Source of the DNA: Eimeria praecox
Taxonomy: Eukaryota
Direction of reading: 5' to 3'
Length of the DNA: 64,000 nt
NCBI GenBank assembly: GCA_963920595.1
Contig: OY986949.1
Span: 3,472,001-3,536,000 of the forward strand
Shown one piece after another: positions 1-11,220 of this stretch (the stretch's first letter is position 1; each line of letters starts with the position of its first letter). Both the position numbers and the translations under genes were made by a program. Under the pieces are notes generated by a model that saw nothing but the letters and a program-made list of their open reading frames with translations, was not told the DNA's origin and made no database searches.

Positions 1-365
1 GAATTGTCAGCAGCCACAGCACTCTTTGCATAGCCGTCCAGAGCACAGAGAGATACTCTTTGGGAAGGCTGGGGTAAGGCTACTTGGGATGCGTACACGA
101 CATAGCTGCTGTTGAAGCCATCTCAGCCAAACGGCTAGTCAAACGGCACAGAACCTTACCTGGGGCCTTTTCATCTGTGCTTTTAGAGGCTGCAGGAGCA
201 CGCTGCTCTGTTTTGTCTTCTCCGCGAGATGGGCCGCTGCCTACTGTATCGTAGACGTAGTCGCCAAAAGGAGGCGGCATCGGCTTTTCACCTGAATTGT
301 CAGCAGCCACAGCACTCCTTGCATAGCCGTACAGGGGAAGGCTGGGGTAAGGCTGCTTGGGATGT
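1..365. repeat. Diverged direct repeat (offset ~293 bp) covering the 3' ends of two consecutive introns
   Basis: gaattgtcagcagccacagcactc(t/c)ttgcatagccgt at 1 and 294; ggaaggctggggtaaggct(a/g)cttgggatg at ~63 and ~335. On the minus strand both read ...ctgacaattc(ag), which looks like a branch point plus acceptor. Confidence 0.85.
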
Positions 366-3156
366 TCCTGTAGCATTGAGGTGTCTCAGGACTCTTAGGT
401 GAGCGGTCTGGAGTAAGGCCTCAGAGGGGAGGGAGAAGCAGGCTGCTTGAAGGCCTTTAATCACCGCCGCACATACCATCTTTATCTCCAGGATTTCGTT
501 TCGCCGCCGATGATGGGGGCTCGGGTTCGTCGTCTGGCATGTCCTGTTCTAAAACCGCATCTTCTGGTATGGGCGCCCTTCCTGGAACATGGACATCGTT
601 CGCCGGTCGCAACTTCACGGGGTCCTCAGATGATGTCTTCTCCTGTTCCCGATCCTCAGATAATTCCTCATCCTCTTCGTCACTGCCACTCGAGTCTAAC
701 ATGACTGAGATTTCGCCTGCGTCGTGAACAGACACAGCAGCCTGAGCAGGGGTAGTAACGAACAACAAGAAATCCCGTTTCATGTGACACTACAACCGCC
801 ACAGAGGCTACCACTGCATGCGCCCATTTCCAGATCCCTCATAGTTGAGGGCTCCTTGATTAGGCATGTGCTGAAAGGATACGAAGCAGAAGCCAAAGAG
901 CAAACAGTCTTACGTGATGTATATGCAGTTTCGTCTTCAGAACCCGCGGAAACCACCATAATCTTCTTTTTAGGCATTGGGGTGTCAGGGAAGACATCGA
1001 CAAATGGAATTGGTCCTTCGCCCTTGCCAAGAGCCAAAACACTTCCTGCATTTGTACATAACACAGAAAGACCCCTTTTAAAAATGCTAAGGCCCGTTTG
1101 CTTGGCGTGCCCATATGTTACAGCTGCAGTTCTTAAGACATCAGGGTTTCTCGGAGATAGTAGGCAGAGCAGAGAAGAGAGGCAGAAGACGAGTGGCCTT
1201 ACTTGAAGGAGGCGGAGCTTCCTTTTCTGGTGCTGGTGTCGAACCTGGTGGGGGTATGGGGAATGCTGAGGGGAGCATAACGATAAAAGATGCAGACAGG
1301 CCGTCCTCCTCCATCTGACAGTGGCAAGACCGTTTGCTCGAGGGTTTCGTCTAACTTACGGTTTAGGGTTTAGAGCTTAACAAATGAAGTGAAGACGCAC
1401 CCGTTTCTGACTCCGAAGAGGATACGTGTGTACGTTTCGCCCGAGGCGACGGAGGAGGGTCGGGCCCCTCTCCTACTCTCAGCAGCGTTGTTTCGCTAGG
1501 CCTCGATAAGACACTCTGGCGGCGTTTCTCTTCAATATCATAAACCTTCAAGTGCTCCTCCTCATCATCTTCCTTCATCGCTGGCATATCCTGCCAGTCA
1601 TAATGAACGAATTCGTATTTTTCTCTGATGTTCTTCGCCATATCGTAGATTTCCTTGAGGACCTCCAGCTCATCGCTGATAGCTGATAGCGACGTCTCTA
1701 TTTCAGCAAGCCGAATACTATCATTTGGGAGCCGGCGACGCCGATCGGCCTGGTTGTCGAAGGCTCGCTGTATCCTAGAATGTCTTTGCTTGAGAAAGGC
1801 TTCACGTGTTGTGCAGGTGAAGGCTTGTGTAGACAATATGAGGGCCCTCTGTCCACGCACTGTGAGTTCATACCCATCCCACAAGAAAAGCTGTTCCTCT
1901 ATCCTTTCTGTTTCCTCTTTTCCAAGGGCTTCCCCAGAGGCCAATTTCTCCTGCAACTGCTGCTGATGCGTCATACAATTCTGCAATTGCCCATCTAATT
2001 CTTGCAATTCACGTTTAGCTCGTTCCTGTTGCTGTTTCTGCATATGCCATTCTTCTTCTGCGATGGCTCTCATATTTTCCAGTGCATTCTTTCCAGATCG
2101 TTCAAGAATAAGCTCTGCTTGCCACTCGGATTTGGTCTGTAATAGCTTCGTTATCGCAAACCATGTGGCTGCCTGACATCGTACGGCTGCCCCAAGCAGC
2201 AGCCGACGGGCTCTTAAGATATCTTTGGCTTCATCAGTTGTCGAAGGATGCTTTGGAAGCGCCTTTAAGACCGATACTGCAGATCGCATCGTTGCCAGAT
2301 CTAGATAATCCTGGGCTAAGCCACCCCGTAAATGGCTGTAGGGTCCAACACCCAGAACCGTCTCAAACTCCGCCTCCACCTGTTGCATGACGCCGATGGC
2401 TTCGTCTGCCGTGCCCAAGCCTCTAGCTTTTTTGCGTTCAGCAGATTCATCTTTTCTGTCTCTTGCCAATAATACACTTCGAGATCGTGCAATTTCTCTT
2501 TCTAGAGTCTCTAAGGTTTTTCTAAGAGAGGAAACACGGGCTTCCTTCTCACGCAGTTCTTCTTCCTCCCCACGAAGCAACATCTGCTGCTGTTCAATAT
2601 GTTGTCGTTGATTCTGCAGGACTCCTTCTTTTTGATTGTTTGCGCTTTGCAATTCTGCCAAATTATCTTTGAGATCCCCCATCTTCGTCTTTTCAATTTC
2701 TAATAACTCCGTCCATACCTGAAGCCTCTTACTCATAGCAGTATTTTCCTTCCACTTTCTACTAGAGAGGGCTATGTGTGCACCACGAACAAGCACTATT
2801 GTTCCTAGCAATAAAGCTAAGAGGAGTGCTCTATGTCTTCCTGCTCTTCTTGAATTTCTTGATGCATCCTGTCTTATACTTCCCTGTGCCTTCTCTGATG
2901 TTGAATTCCCCTTTCGAAAACTTAAGATAGGTTGTGCTTTCTGAAACACACCGCTGAGACGCTGGAACGTACTCGGACGCGCCTCCTCAAACACCACATC
3001 ATTCAAACCCATGTCAACCCCATCAGCATCAGCAGCACCACCACGAGTGCCTGAACGTGGGTATGCCTTGCTTCCTTCTATACCCTCTAGCTGTAAGAAC
3101 CAACAGCCTAGGAGGAGCCCTAGGAGGGTCTTTGCCACCAGCCCCCGCCTCTGCAT
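160..3156 (-). CDS. Multi-exon gene, 3'-incomplete: signal peptide + one TM helix + long coiled coil + Pro/acidic low-complexity tail. Predicted exons 3156-1401, 1265-1203, 1045-914, 716-477, 291-160, continuing past the left edge
   Basis: The 615-aa ORF 1363..3210 has its first ATG at 3156, giving MQRRGLVAKTLLGLLLGCWFLQLEGIEG (signal-like). It then has a hydrophobic ALLLALLLGTIVLVRGAHIAL and E/Q/K/R-rich heptad segments. Donors are GTGCGT (1400), GTAAGG (1202), GTAAGA (913), GTATGT (476) and GTAAGG (159), with YAG acceptors. All introns are phase 1 and the spliced frame stays open. Confidence 0.75.
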
Positions 3157-3172
3157 GTTCTTCAGATAAAGG

Positions 3173-3443
3173 AAAATAAAAGAAATGGTCCCTTGATGAT
3201 CAGATTTCAAATTGAATTGCCTGCAATTGTAAATTAAATACGTTCAAGTTTTGGATTACCCTAATCGCCAAGGTAAAGACGATGACGCCAGTACCTCCTC
3301 TCCTCTTAAAATAAAAGAAATGGTCCCTTGATGATCAGATTTCAAATTGAATTGCCTGCAATTGTAAATAAAATACGTTCAAGTTTGGGATTAACCCTAA
3401 TCGCCGAGGTAAAGACGATGCCGCCAGTACCTCCTCTCCTCTT
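3173..3443. repeat. Tandem duplication of ~135 bp immediately upstream of the coiled-coil gene ATG
   Basis: aaaataaaagaaatggtcccttgatgatcagatttc...gtacctcctctcctctt at 3173-3307 and 3308-3443, differing by only a few substitutions or 1-nt indels. Confidence 0.95.
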
Positions 3444-3997
3444 CTTCTGGTTAGGCTGTTGCCGGATATGCAAAGCCCATAAAGAAATGTGTGCACAGTT
3501 AAGGATACAGTAGAACTAATACATAACTCACAAAGACGGAGAGAGGTTTAAGACGAAGAGGCTTCTAAGACGGAGATGCGTTCAACTTCAAGACGCTACG
3601 TAGCAGCGGGGCCGCACGGTAGGCAGCAAACAAACGGCCCTGACGATGCGACAAACAGCTTAGGCCTCCAATAGGGTAAATATTATTCAGCCCACAATAA
3701 ATGGGGATGCCAAAGAAGCAACCGTCCACAAACTTGGACGGGGGCAACCAGCAAGGGATCCCCGAGCGGACTGGAGGAGAGCAGGGATCGCGCCCCCATG
3801 GGTAAGAAGACCGTTGATTTGCTCTGCCTATTCCCCGCAGAAATATCCAACGTTTAGTGCTTCAAATACTATTTAACAAAGAGAACGTTCTCCCTTTTCT
3901 TCAAAGACTTACTACCTTTTAATCGTGCTAGCTCCCCGCAAGAAGCCGTTAGTAGTACTAGTAGAAAGACGGTAGGGCGCAGGTAGACGGGCCCAAA

Positions 3998-4266
3998 GGG
4001 GGGGGGGGGGGGGGGGGAGGCAGGACGGAGGGGGTTTAGGGTTTAGTTGGGGGTGGGAGGGGGCCCTCTTCATAGGATTCCTTAAATTAGATTGTTTCTA
4101 GACTGTAATATCCAGGGAAAATGCCTCTAAAAACCTATTTCACACAGCAACACGGAGCCGTAGCTTGGGTGTGACAGGCCCTGTAGCTCCAATAGGGCTA
4201 TCCCTCTCCCGGTCTATTATGACGTCGAAATCTCTATTTTTTTAATTATTTAGGGTTTAGGGTTTA
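3998..4266. repeat. Poly-G tract and interstitial telomere-like (TTTAGGG) heptamers
   Basis: G run at ~3998-4017; gggtttagggtttag at ~4033; tttagggtttagggttta at ~4249. Similar heptamers lie at ~1361 (inside intron 1) and ~12414. Confidence 0.85.
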
Positions 4267-4977
4267 TATAATAATATTATAACGGGTAAATATATATATA
4301 TAACGAAGTGTTTCAGCCTCAAAGGGTCACCTGTGCCCCCCCAGTCTCTTCGCGTGTTCCCTCCATACAAAAGAAATAAGTAACTAGTGTGCTACTAATA
4401 TCCCCTCCCTTTGTGTGTTAGAACCGTGGCTATACACCCCAGTGGTGAGCCTCCATCCCTGTATAGAAAAAGCAGTTTTCTCTAGCGTCCCTAGAGAAGG
4501 TACTACTCCTACAGCTTTCGTTCTATCCTGCCTTTCGCTTGTAAACATACTTAAATTAACGTATGCACACTAACACTGCAAACGACATCATCTCAACTAT
4601 GTGCAAGCTCAATAGTGTAGAGACAGCATAAAGCGCACTCCAGCATCTTAACCCAGCAGACTACTACTGTGTATCTATATCTGCTTCCTTAGAAGCACCA
4701 AACAAAACAACAATAGGGCTTAGAACAATCCAGTCAAAGCCAGCAATGTCTCGAGTACAGCACACAATATAGAGAGCTGTCTAACGAGGCAGTCTGTGGG
4801 TCTGATCGCCCCCCCCCCCCCCCCCCCCCCAACAACAACAACAATAACAACAACCCCCTTATCTGCTCGTGCCTTGAAGGCATAGGGGCCAAATGTAGTA
4901 TTGGTATAATGAAGACAGCAACAAAGAGAGGCTCGGCTAGACAGCATCCCTATCTCATTGTAGTGTCTATACAGGTG

Positions 4978-5772
4978 CTATCGCTGCCTCTTTAGACGCA
5001 ACATTCTTGCGCCTTTACCTGGAATGCCTCTACGAAACTGTTTTCTTATAAGCTGCATTTGTCGTAGGGTCTTCCAGGTTCTTGGAGGTCGTTTGATGTC
5101 TACAAACGGCATCTTCTTTGATCGCAATAATTTCTTCTTATATTTCTTCTTGTGAAACTTACGCATTTTGAAATAGCGACGCCGCTTTGTGCTTATCCCC
5201 CGGATTTGCTGAGAATGCACATGCTGCTGTTGCTGCTGTTGCTGCTGCTGTTGCTGCGGCGGCGGCGGCAGCAGCAGCAGCACGCTATAAGTCTGCAATG
5301 GCTCATACGAACTGCGAGAAGCCGCAGAATCGAGACCTGAAGAAGCTGGTGGAAGATTTAGTCTCGTCAGCCCATCGGAGGCAGGCCTATGACGTGCTTT
5401 TCGCAGCCAAAGCCTGCTGTTGCTGCTGCTGCTGCTGCTGCTGCTCTTGCTGCTGTTGCTGTGTGAAGCAGGAGAGTAGTCCACAATGAGACTCCTCATA
5501 CGCAGCAGCACAAGCTGCTGTTTCCAATGCTGCTGCTGCTGCTGCTGCTGTAGAAAAGGCTTCGGGCCTCTGCACGTAAAATGCCTTCCTTGAAAGGGGC
5601 TCAGGGAGCCGCGACAGATCGAGGGGCAGCAAGTTGGATTGCTGCATTCTCCTGAAGCAGCAGCAGCAGCTGCTGCTGCTGAGGGCAGCAGCAGCGTTGT
5701 GGCATTTGCTGCGGCGCAACTATGGGTAAGCCTCCTCCTCGCAGAAACGCCGACGGCCCACAGAGGGCGCAT
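4978..5772 (-). CDS. Probable mitochondrial small-subunit ribosomal protein mS38 (COX24/AURKAIP1/DUF1713-like) with a long low-complexity N-terminal presequence
   Basis: Single-exon ORF with ATG at 5772 (MRPLWAVGVSARRRL..., Arg-rich like a presequence) and poly-A/Q/S tracts. The very basic C-terminus ISTKRRRYFKMRKFHKKKYKKKLLR resembles the mS38 S-x-K-K-R-R-x-K-M-x-K-H-K-x-K-K motif. Confidence 0.7.
   Translation of the reverse strand: MRPLWAVGVSARRRLTHSCAAANATTLLLPSAAAAAAAASGECSNPTCCPSICRGSLSPFQGRHFTCRGPKPFLQQQQQQQHWKQQLVLLRMRSLIVDYSPASHSNSSKSSSSSSSSNSRLWLRKARHRPASDGLTRLNLPPASSGLDSAASRSSYEPLQTYSVLLLLPPPPQQQQQQQQQQQHVHSQQIRGISTKRRRYFKMRKFHKKKYKKKLLRSKKMPFVDIKRPPRTWKTLRQMQLIRKQFRRGIPGKGARMLRLKRQR
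5221..5694. repeat. CAG/CTG trinucleotide microsatellites encoding poly-Q, poly-S and poly-A tracts
   Basis: (tgc)n runs at ~5221-5281, 5414-5460, 5528-5549 and 5656-5694, all inside the mS38-like ORF. Confidence 0.95.
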
Positions 5773-6866
5773 GGGGTGTACGTGCACTGCAGCTGTATAG
5801 CTGGTGCAGGCTGCCGCTGCAGCAGCACCCCAGAAGCTGGCTGCTCTCCCGGCTATGCCCCAGCCCTCACAGCGTTACAGCTCTCTCGGAGAAACGTCCA
5901 TCGCCTCAGGGTGCAGCTGAGAAGCTGCAGCTCCTGCGCCCCCTGGGTTTGTTGCTTCCTGTGTCTTAGATGAGACAAAGGAAGATCCTTTATAACCAAA
6001 ATCCTTGCAAAATAGATATAAAAAAATTAGCCATAGGCTGACGCTGGTGGCCCCTTGGGGCCCCTTGCAGAACAGCCAGGCCGGGGGGGCGGGGGGGGGG
6101 GGGGGGGGGGCCGCAGCCGGAGAGGTTCCTCGAGCTTCTTCTCTGTGTTAACCTACTTCCGCTATGTACGTAGCAAATATCAATCGCAGATATACTACAG
6201 AAGGAGAGAGTTAAACACATCAGGCAGAGAGCCCTTCCATAGCTCCAGCTCAACCCTTCATGCACGGGGGGCCCCAGCGGCTCGTGGGCCCGCAGAGGTC
6301 CACGAGGCGGGGGGCCCCGGGGGGCCCCCCCCTTGCATGCACTTGGGGCCCATAGACGGGGGCTATGTTTGCATTATTATCTGTGCACTTTTGGTTTTTT
6401 AAAGGTGTATTTGCAGTTGGAAGTGCGAAACAGGCGCTGCATGGGTTCCTTGAAGGAGAAGATACAGTGCAAGGAGTGCCACGTCGGCTGTTGTCTACTG
6501 GTTTTGTTTGTCGTTCTGTTTAACTCTCTCCCTCTGTTGAAACTGCTGTAAATAAAATATTTCCTCCAACCGGGAGCCCTGCCGTGTTGCCTTGCCTGCC
6601 ACCTCCCACCCTACCTCTCTGCAGCCTTCATCACTGGCTAGGGAATAAAACGTTGCACGTATAAATACATTCCTGCTACAGCATGCGGCACATATGCCTT
6701 GTTGGCATGTTGTGTATAGTGCTACCTTTAGTTCTGTGTGAGGTAAACATAGTGAATTAGACAAAATCTTCACGACACTCCGCTGGTTTGCTCCTCATCG
6801 TAAAGCATTCTATAGCTCATTCACACTGACACTGCACTCGAAACCGAACAAACTGTAAGGCATACA
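5773..6866. promoter_or_regulatory. Divergent (head-to-head) intergenic region between the mS38-like and PIH1 genes, with clustered GGGGCCCC palindromes, a poly-G tract and TGCATGCA
   Basis: The ATGs at 5772 (-) and 6867 (+) point away from each other. ggggcccc occurs at ~6057, 6267, 6311 and 6320; poly-G at 6083-6110; tgcatgca at ~6334. A regulatory role is inferred. Confidence 0.45.
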
Positions 6867-9474
6867 ATGTGGGAGTCGGCCGTCAGCGCCCGCGATATCC
6901 TACTGCAAGCGCAGGGAAAACCAGGGGCCTCCCTTGGGGCTTATGCAGCAGCTGGGCCGCAGAGTCACTGGAGGTTTGGCGCCAATGACGGGGAAGCTAT
7001 AGAGTTTCACCAGCAGCAGCAGACGTTTCATGCAAGTGCTGCTTCACATCTGACCTCCCATCTGAAAGAAGAGGGAGGGGGCACTACAGTGTGGATAACC
7101 CCGACACCAGGATATGTAATTAAGGCGCGACTCAAGAACGGCCAGAAACTGTTTCTTAACATTTGCAGCCACCACCAAATAGAACCTTGGCACTACAAAG
7201 AAGTTCTTTCTGAAGAGGGGCAGGGGCCTCAAGGAGGAGTTCGAATCCCCATGAGTATAGGCCCTTGTCCGTCTTTCTTTAACCCACTAAGCCGGCAGGG
7301 GCACCCACGCTGTTTAGTTAGCATGCATGGGTTTCACAATGTCCTTCGCTAAGTTGTAGCACTGCAGTAACAGAAGTATGCTTTCCTGTGCGGGAGAGGT
7401 TCAGGTGTACAGACACGTGACAAGGAAGGCGCTGCTGCTCTGTGTTGCGACGTCGTCTTCAATACAGGCAAGCGCCAAACACAATGAAGGGCTTGCAAGT
7501 TTGTAGTAAGCAGGCCGTTGGCTGCATGCTACAGCTGCATCTGATTGTCCCACCTTTTTTACGGCAATTCGCCCCCATCCTGTTGCTGAAGCTGCAGGCT
7601 TTCTTCGCTCTGTCTCCGCAGACACACTGGAACGCTGCTGGGGCGAACGCCAGTCCCGCGACGTCCTCCGACAGTTTGCTTGTGCAGCGGTTGCTCGGAA
7701 GCACCAACTTGACCTGCAAGAGACAGTCTCCTTTCCAAAGGCTACTTACAAGGGTCTGTCTACTGCGCCACCAGTCGGGTTATAAATGCTATAGAAGACC
7801 TAAGAAATATCGCCACGAAATAACCCTCGCTTTCCCCCCAGCAGCCCCTTTGCGCCCTCCGCCCTTATGCTGTGGCTGAGCTGCAGGGACGCTTCCTCCC
7901 CCCAAGCAACGTATTCGGGTGACGCGCGAGGCCCATATTGAGCTGGTTGCACCGGAATCTGCAGCAGAAGCCCGAACAGCATCGGCTAAAGTGGAAGGGG
8001 CAACCCATCCAGCAAATGATAGCAGCAGCCTTGCCGAATACTTGGTTTGGGAGGGAGTCTTCGTTACGCCTGCAGATGCAGGGGCCTATTGGCTTTCTCT
8101 CACACAAGGCCTGCGGCCGCAACAGGGCCAGGGCCCCCAAAACACCGCCTTCTGTTTCCAGCAGGGGACAACAGCAAACACTTCGCATGGCTCACCCTGG
8201 TTTGCTGGCTGGATTAACAGCTGCAGCAGCAGCAGCTGCACCAGCGACAGCTTCACCAGCGACAGCTTTACCAGCGAATGCAGTTGTAACAATGAACGAA
8301 TTATTCCAGTCGGGGCAGTCGAAGCAGATGCCACTTCATGTGGAGCCTCCTGTTCAACTTCAGTTAAAACAAACAAACGATGCGGCCTCAAGAAGGCTTT
8401 CCTTATGGCTCCAGGAGCAGCAGCAACAAGCAGCAGCAACACCCACAGGCCAAACCAGGCTGAAGCATGCAACAAGAGTCCAGGTACCAGGAGGCTCCCA
8501 ACTTGACACCTCGCTTTCCAGTGTATGCCAGTTCATTCGTTTTGTCTCCTCTCTTCTCGGGGCGGAACGGGGTGCTGCGGCTGCCTAAGTTTTCGAGTGA
8601 GCTTTCTTCTATGCTTTCTCAGCACTGCAAATACTGCAAGGGCGCGTCTATGTACTCCAGCTGGTTCTGCCTCGTACTACCGCTGCTGTTACGGCGGCGC
8701 AAGCGCCCTTCTGTTCACTCTGCAAGGCTCCCAGACGGCGCTGTCGTTGCACGGAAAACAGCCTGGCCTGGGAATTCAAGTGTACTTATACTATAAAGAT
8801 AAGCGATCTGGAGCTCGTTGTGTTGCCCCTCCGTGGGGCACTCTGGGGCATCGAAAGGAACAGCACTGGGTAAGGCTGAATGCAGCCCAAATTCGTGTGA
8901 TACGCATCAAGTATACACAACAAATATACATAACAGGCTTTTCTCAGAAGTTGTTTAGGGCGGTTTTTGCGTATTTTATAAGTCTTTTCTTGCTGTTTGA
9001 CTCTTCTTTCGCAGGCCCCTCGACGGCTGCAGCATTGCGTTTCCGCTACGCCTGCAGTCGCGAGCGGCCTTCGCTTTCGTGAGTACGTACAGCAGCTGTG
9101 AGGAAGCCAAAGCTTCGCTGCAGCAAATCCAGCAGCAACTGTGGCTTCCAAGAGGGGAGGCGCGGGTGGCGGCGCCCCCTAAAGGGGCCCAGCCCACCCT
9201 GAAAGGCAAACAATCTGTAGCTTCCGCCTTCCTGCTGACAATATGCTTATCCGTCGACACTGCAGGCGAGGTGTCCTTGGCACGTATTTGTCCTGCAGCC
9301 GCAGCCGCAGCAGAGGCTGCAGCGATTGAAGCGATTGAAATAGCAGCTGCAGAACCTGAGGAGGAAGAGATGAGCACGAAGTTACATGTGGAAATAGACG
9401 ACAGCTCCTCTTCGGACGAATGCTCCAGCGTGATTCTCGAGAACAGCAGCAGCACCAGCGCTGACAGAAAGTAG
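6867..9474 (+). CDS. PIH1: PIH1-domain protein (PIH1 N-domain + C-terminal CS-like domain; R2TP / kintoun-DNAAF2 family). Predicted exons 6867-7266, 7405-7467, 7622-7753, 7887-8483, 8623-8869, 9015-9474
   Basis: The spliced frame reads ITPTPGYVIKA..KLFLNICSH..RIPMSIGPCVQTRDKEGAAALCCDVVFNTDTLERC..VARKHQLDL..KATYKGTLPPPKQRIR, matching the PIH1 motifs P-x-P-G-F/Y-x-I-K, F-x-N-I-C, R-I-P-M-S-x-G, D-K-x-G, D-V-x-x-N and Y-K-G. The 3' exons give VYVLQLVLP..IKISDLELVV..IAFPLRLQSRAAFAF (CS-like). All exon phases are compatible. The last exon may contain one more short in-frame intron. Confidence 0.85.
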
Positions 9475-11220
9475 CGGCCACGACAGCATCTCGAGTCCCG
9501 CAGCAGCTAATGCAGAGCAGTGAGAGCTGCAAAATTTGGGCGCCGCTGTGCCTGAGAGGAATTCTCCAGCCCCAGGAGACTGAAGGAGCTCAGAAGAGCG
9601 CTGGTGTACTTCAACCATAAGCGGTGCTGTCACATGGCATTGGATTTAACATAGTCTCCCATAATATATATTTGTATCCGTGCAAATGTCCTCAGAGGCC
9701 CAGTGATTAGAGCTTCTGGCTGCTAACTGAAATGTTCCTGGTCCGAGCGCAGCCTGCGAAGTGTTTTCTTGCAGGGAGATATGTGAACTCTCACAGAATA
9801 TTCTAGTAGAACCTGCAACTAGCGTGTTCAACTACTTCGTCACATCCGGACTTTGTTTGTTGGAAATAAACCTAGTAGGGCTTGGGCCTATATTTAAAGC
9901 ATAGAAAGTTTCGTCTTCCCCAACATCAGTGATAGGCTTTAAATAGGGGTAGTACTGAAATCGAACAAGAAACACACTTTGGAGGTACTTCGTCCGCCAT
10001 TGAGTTAAGCGCCCTAGCAACTAGTATAATATATACCAATGCATTTACAGACGTATAGGTAAGGGGAGTCCAGTATATACGAGTTCCTTCTTGGCTTTTG
10101 CTCATTAGGAAAGAGTAGAACAGTCCGCTAGCTCGTCGGGCACGTGGCCCTTTGGTCAACAGTTTAATGCTGCATTTTGCACCTTCTGTATAACTTAAAT
10201 GCATAGATAGCCTGCGAGCAAAAAGGGATAATAAAAAAGTGTTAGTGTTCTTTCGATTATCAAATCGCAAATCAGAAAAGAATTCGGATTGAAAAAACAA
10301 GAAGACCCATGCGAAGTAAAACATTATTGAGTAACCAATGACGAATAGCATCGCAAGGGAAAGGCGGAAATATCGTCAAATGGAAGTGAGAAGAAGGCAA
10401 AACATTGATCTGATAATCTGTAAAATGCTCAAGGAAGCTGAGCCCCTTGCACAAAGAGCCGACGAGTCGCAAACGTCTTAAGAATTTGGTCTTAGCTGCT
10501 CTAAAATTTGATCTAAGATCCGTTAAGTGAGCTCAGAGATCATGCGGGCGATAGTGGATGCAATAACAACTGGGTATAATTAAAAGCCCACAATACTTCA
10601 CCTTGTTCAGCATGAAATATACAAAAACCTAATTGGTTCGATCTGCGGATACTGCAGAATCACCAAACAATTGTTTCCTATAATTAATTGTTTCCTTCGG
10701 TAGTATCTAATGAATATACGGAACGTAATTAATTTAAAGTAACGCTTTCTCCTATATTTTGTTCTAGTTTACAACTATAATTGGCAACTATATTTCCATG
10801 TATAAGCTCAGGGAAACTGTGGATATTGTACTCCTGGATAAAATGTTAAAAATGCTCTGTGATCGAAGTATACTTTTGATTTAAAATCAAAAATATATCT
10901 GCAAGAAGACAGCCTTGCAAGAGAACTAGGGCCCCTCACAGCCTTAGAAGAATGGTCGGTTTTGAGACCGTTGGCGTCAAAGAGGGGCTTTCTGGAATCC
11001 AAGAAGACCCTAAACTGTGTATATCTCAGTATACACACGGCTTCATTACGGATGCCATGCAGCAGCGTCTGTATGCGAAAGGGCGCAGCCCCCCTCCCCC
11101 TTCTGCTTGCTGCATCCAAGCGTACGTACGCCGCCTGCAAGAGGCCCAGCCAGGCAGCGAACACATTCAAAGTTAAAGACCGTGCTACCGCTGCAAGGTG
11201 CTCTGATGCTGTCGCTGCAG

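Noticed and set aside
3157..3210. N-terminal extension MKSDHQGTISF... of the 615-aa ORF
   Set aside because: It begins at a TTG inside the 135-bp duplication. The first ATG (3156) gives a proper signal peptide.
5152..5973. Overlapping poly-L, poly-C and poly-A ORFs on both strands
   Set aside because: These are alternative-frame and antisense readings of the CAG repeats in the mS38-like gene.
8786..9633. Minus-strand ORFs (8976..9455 and neighbours) as a separate gene
   Set aside because: They are better explained as antisense shadows of the last PIH1 exons, which splice in frame on the plus strand.
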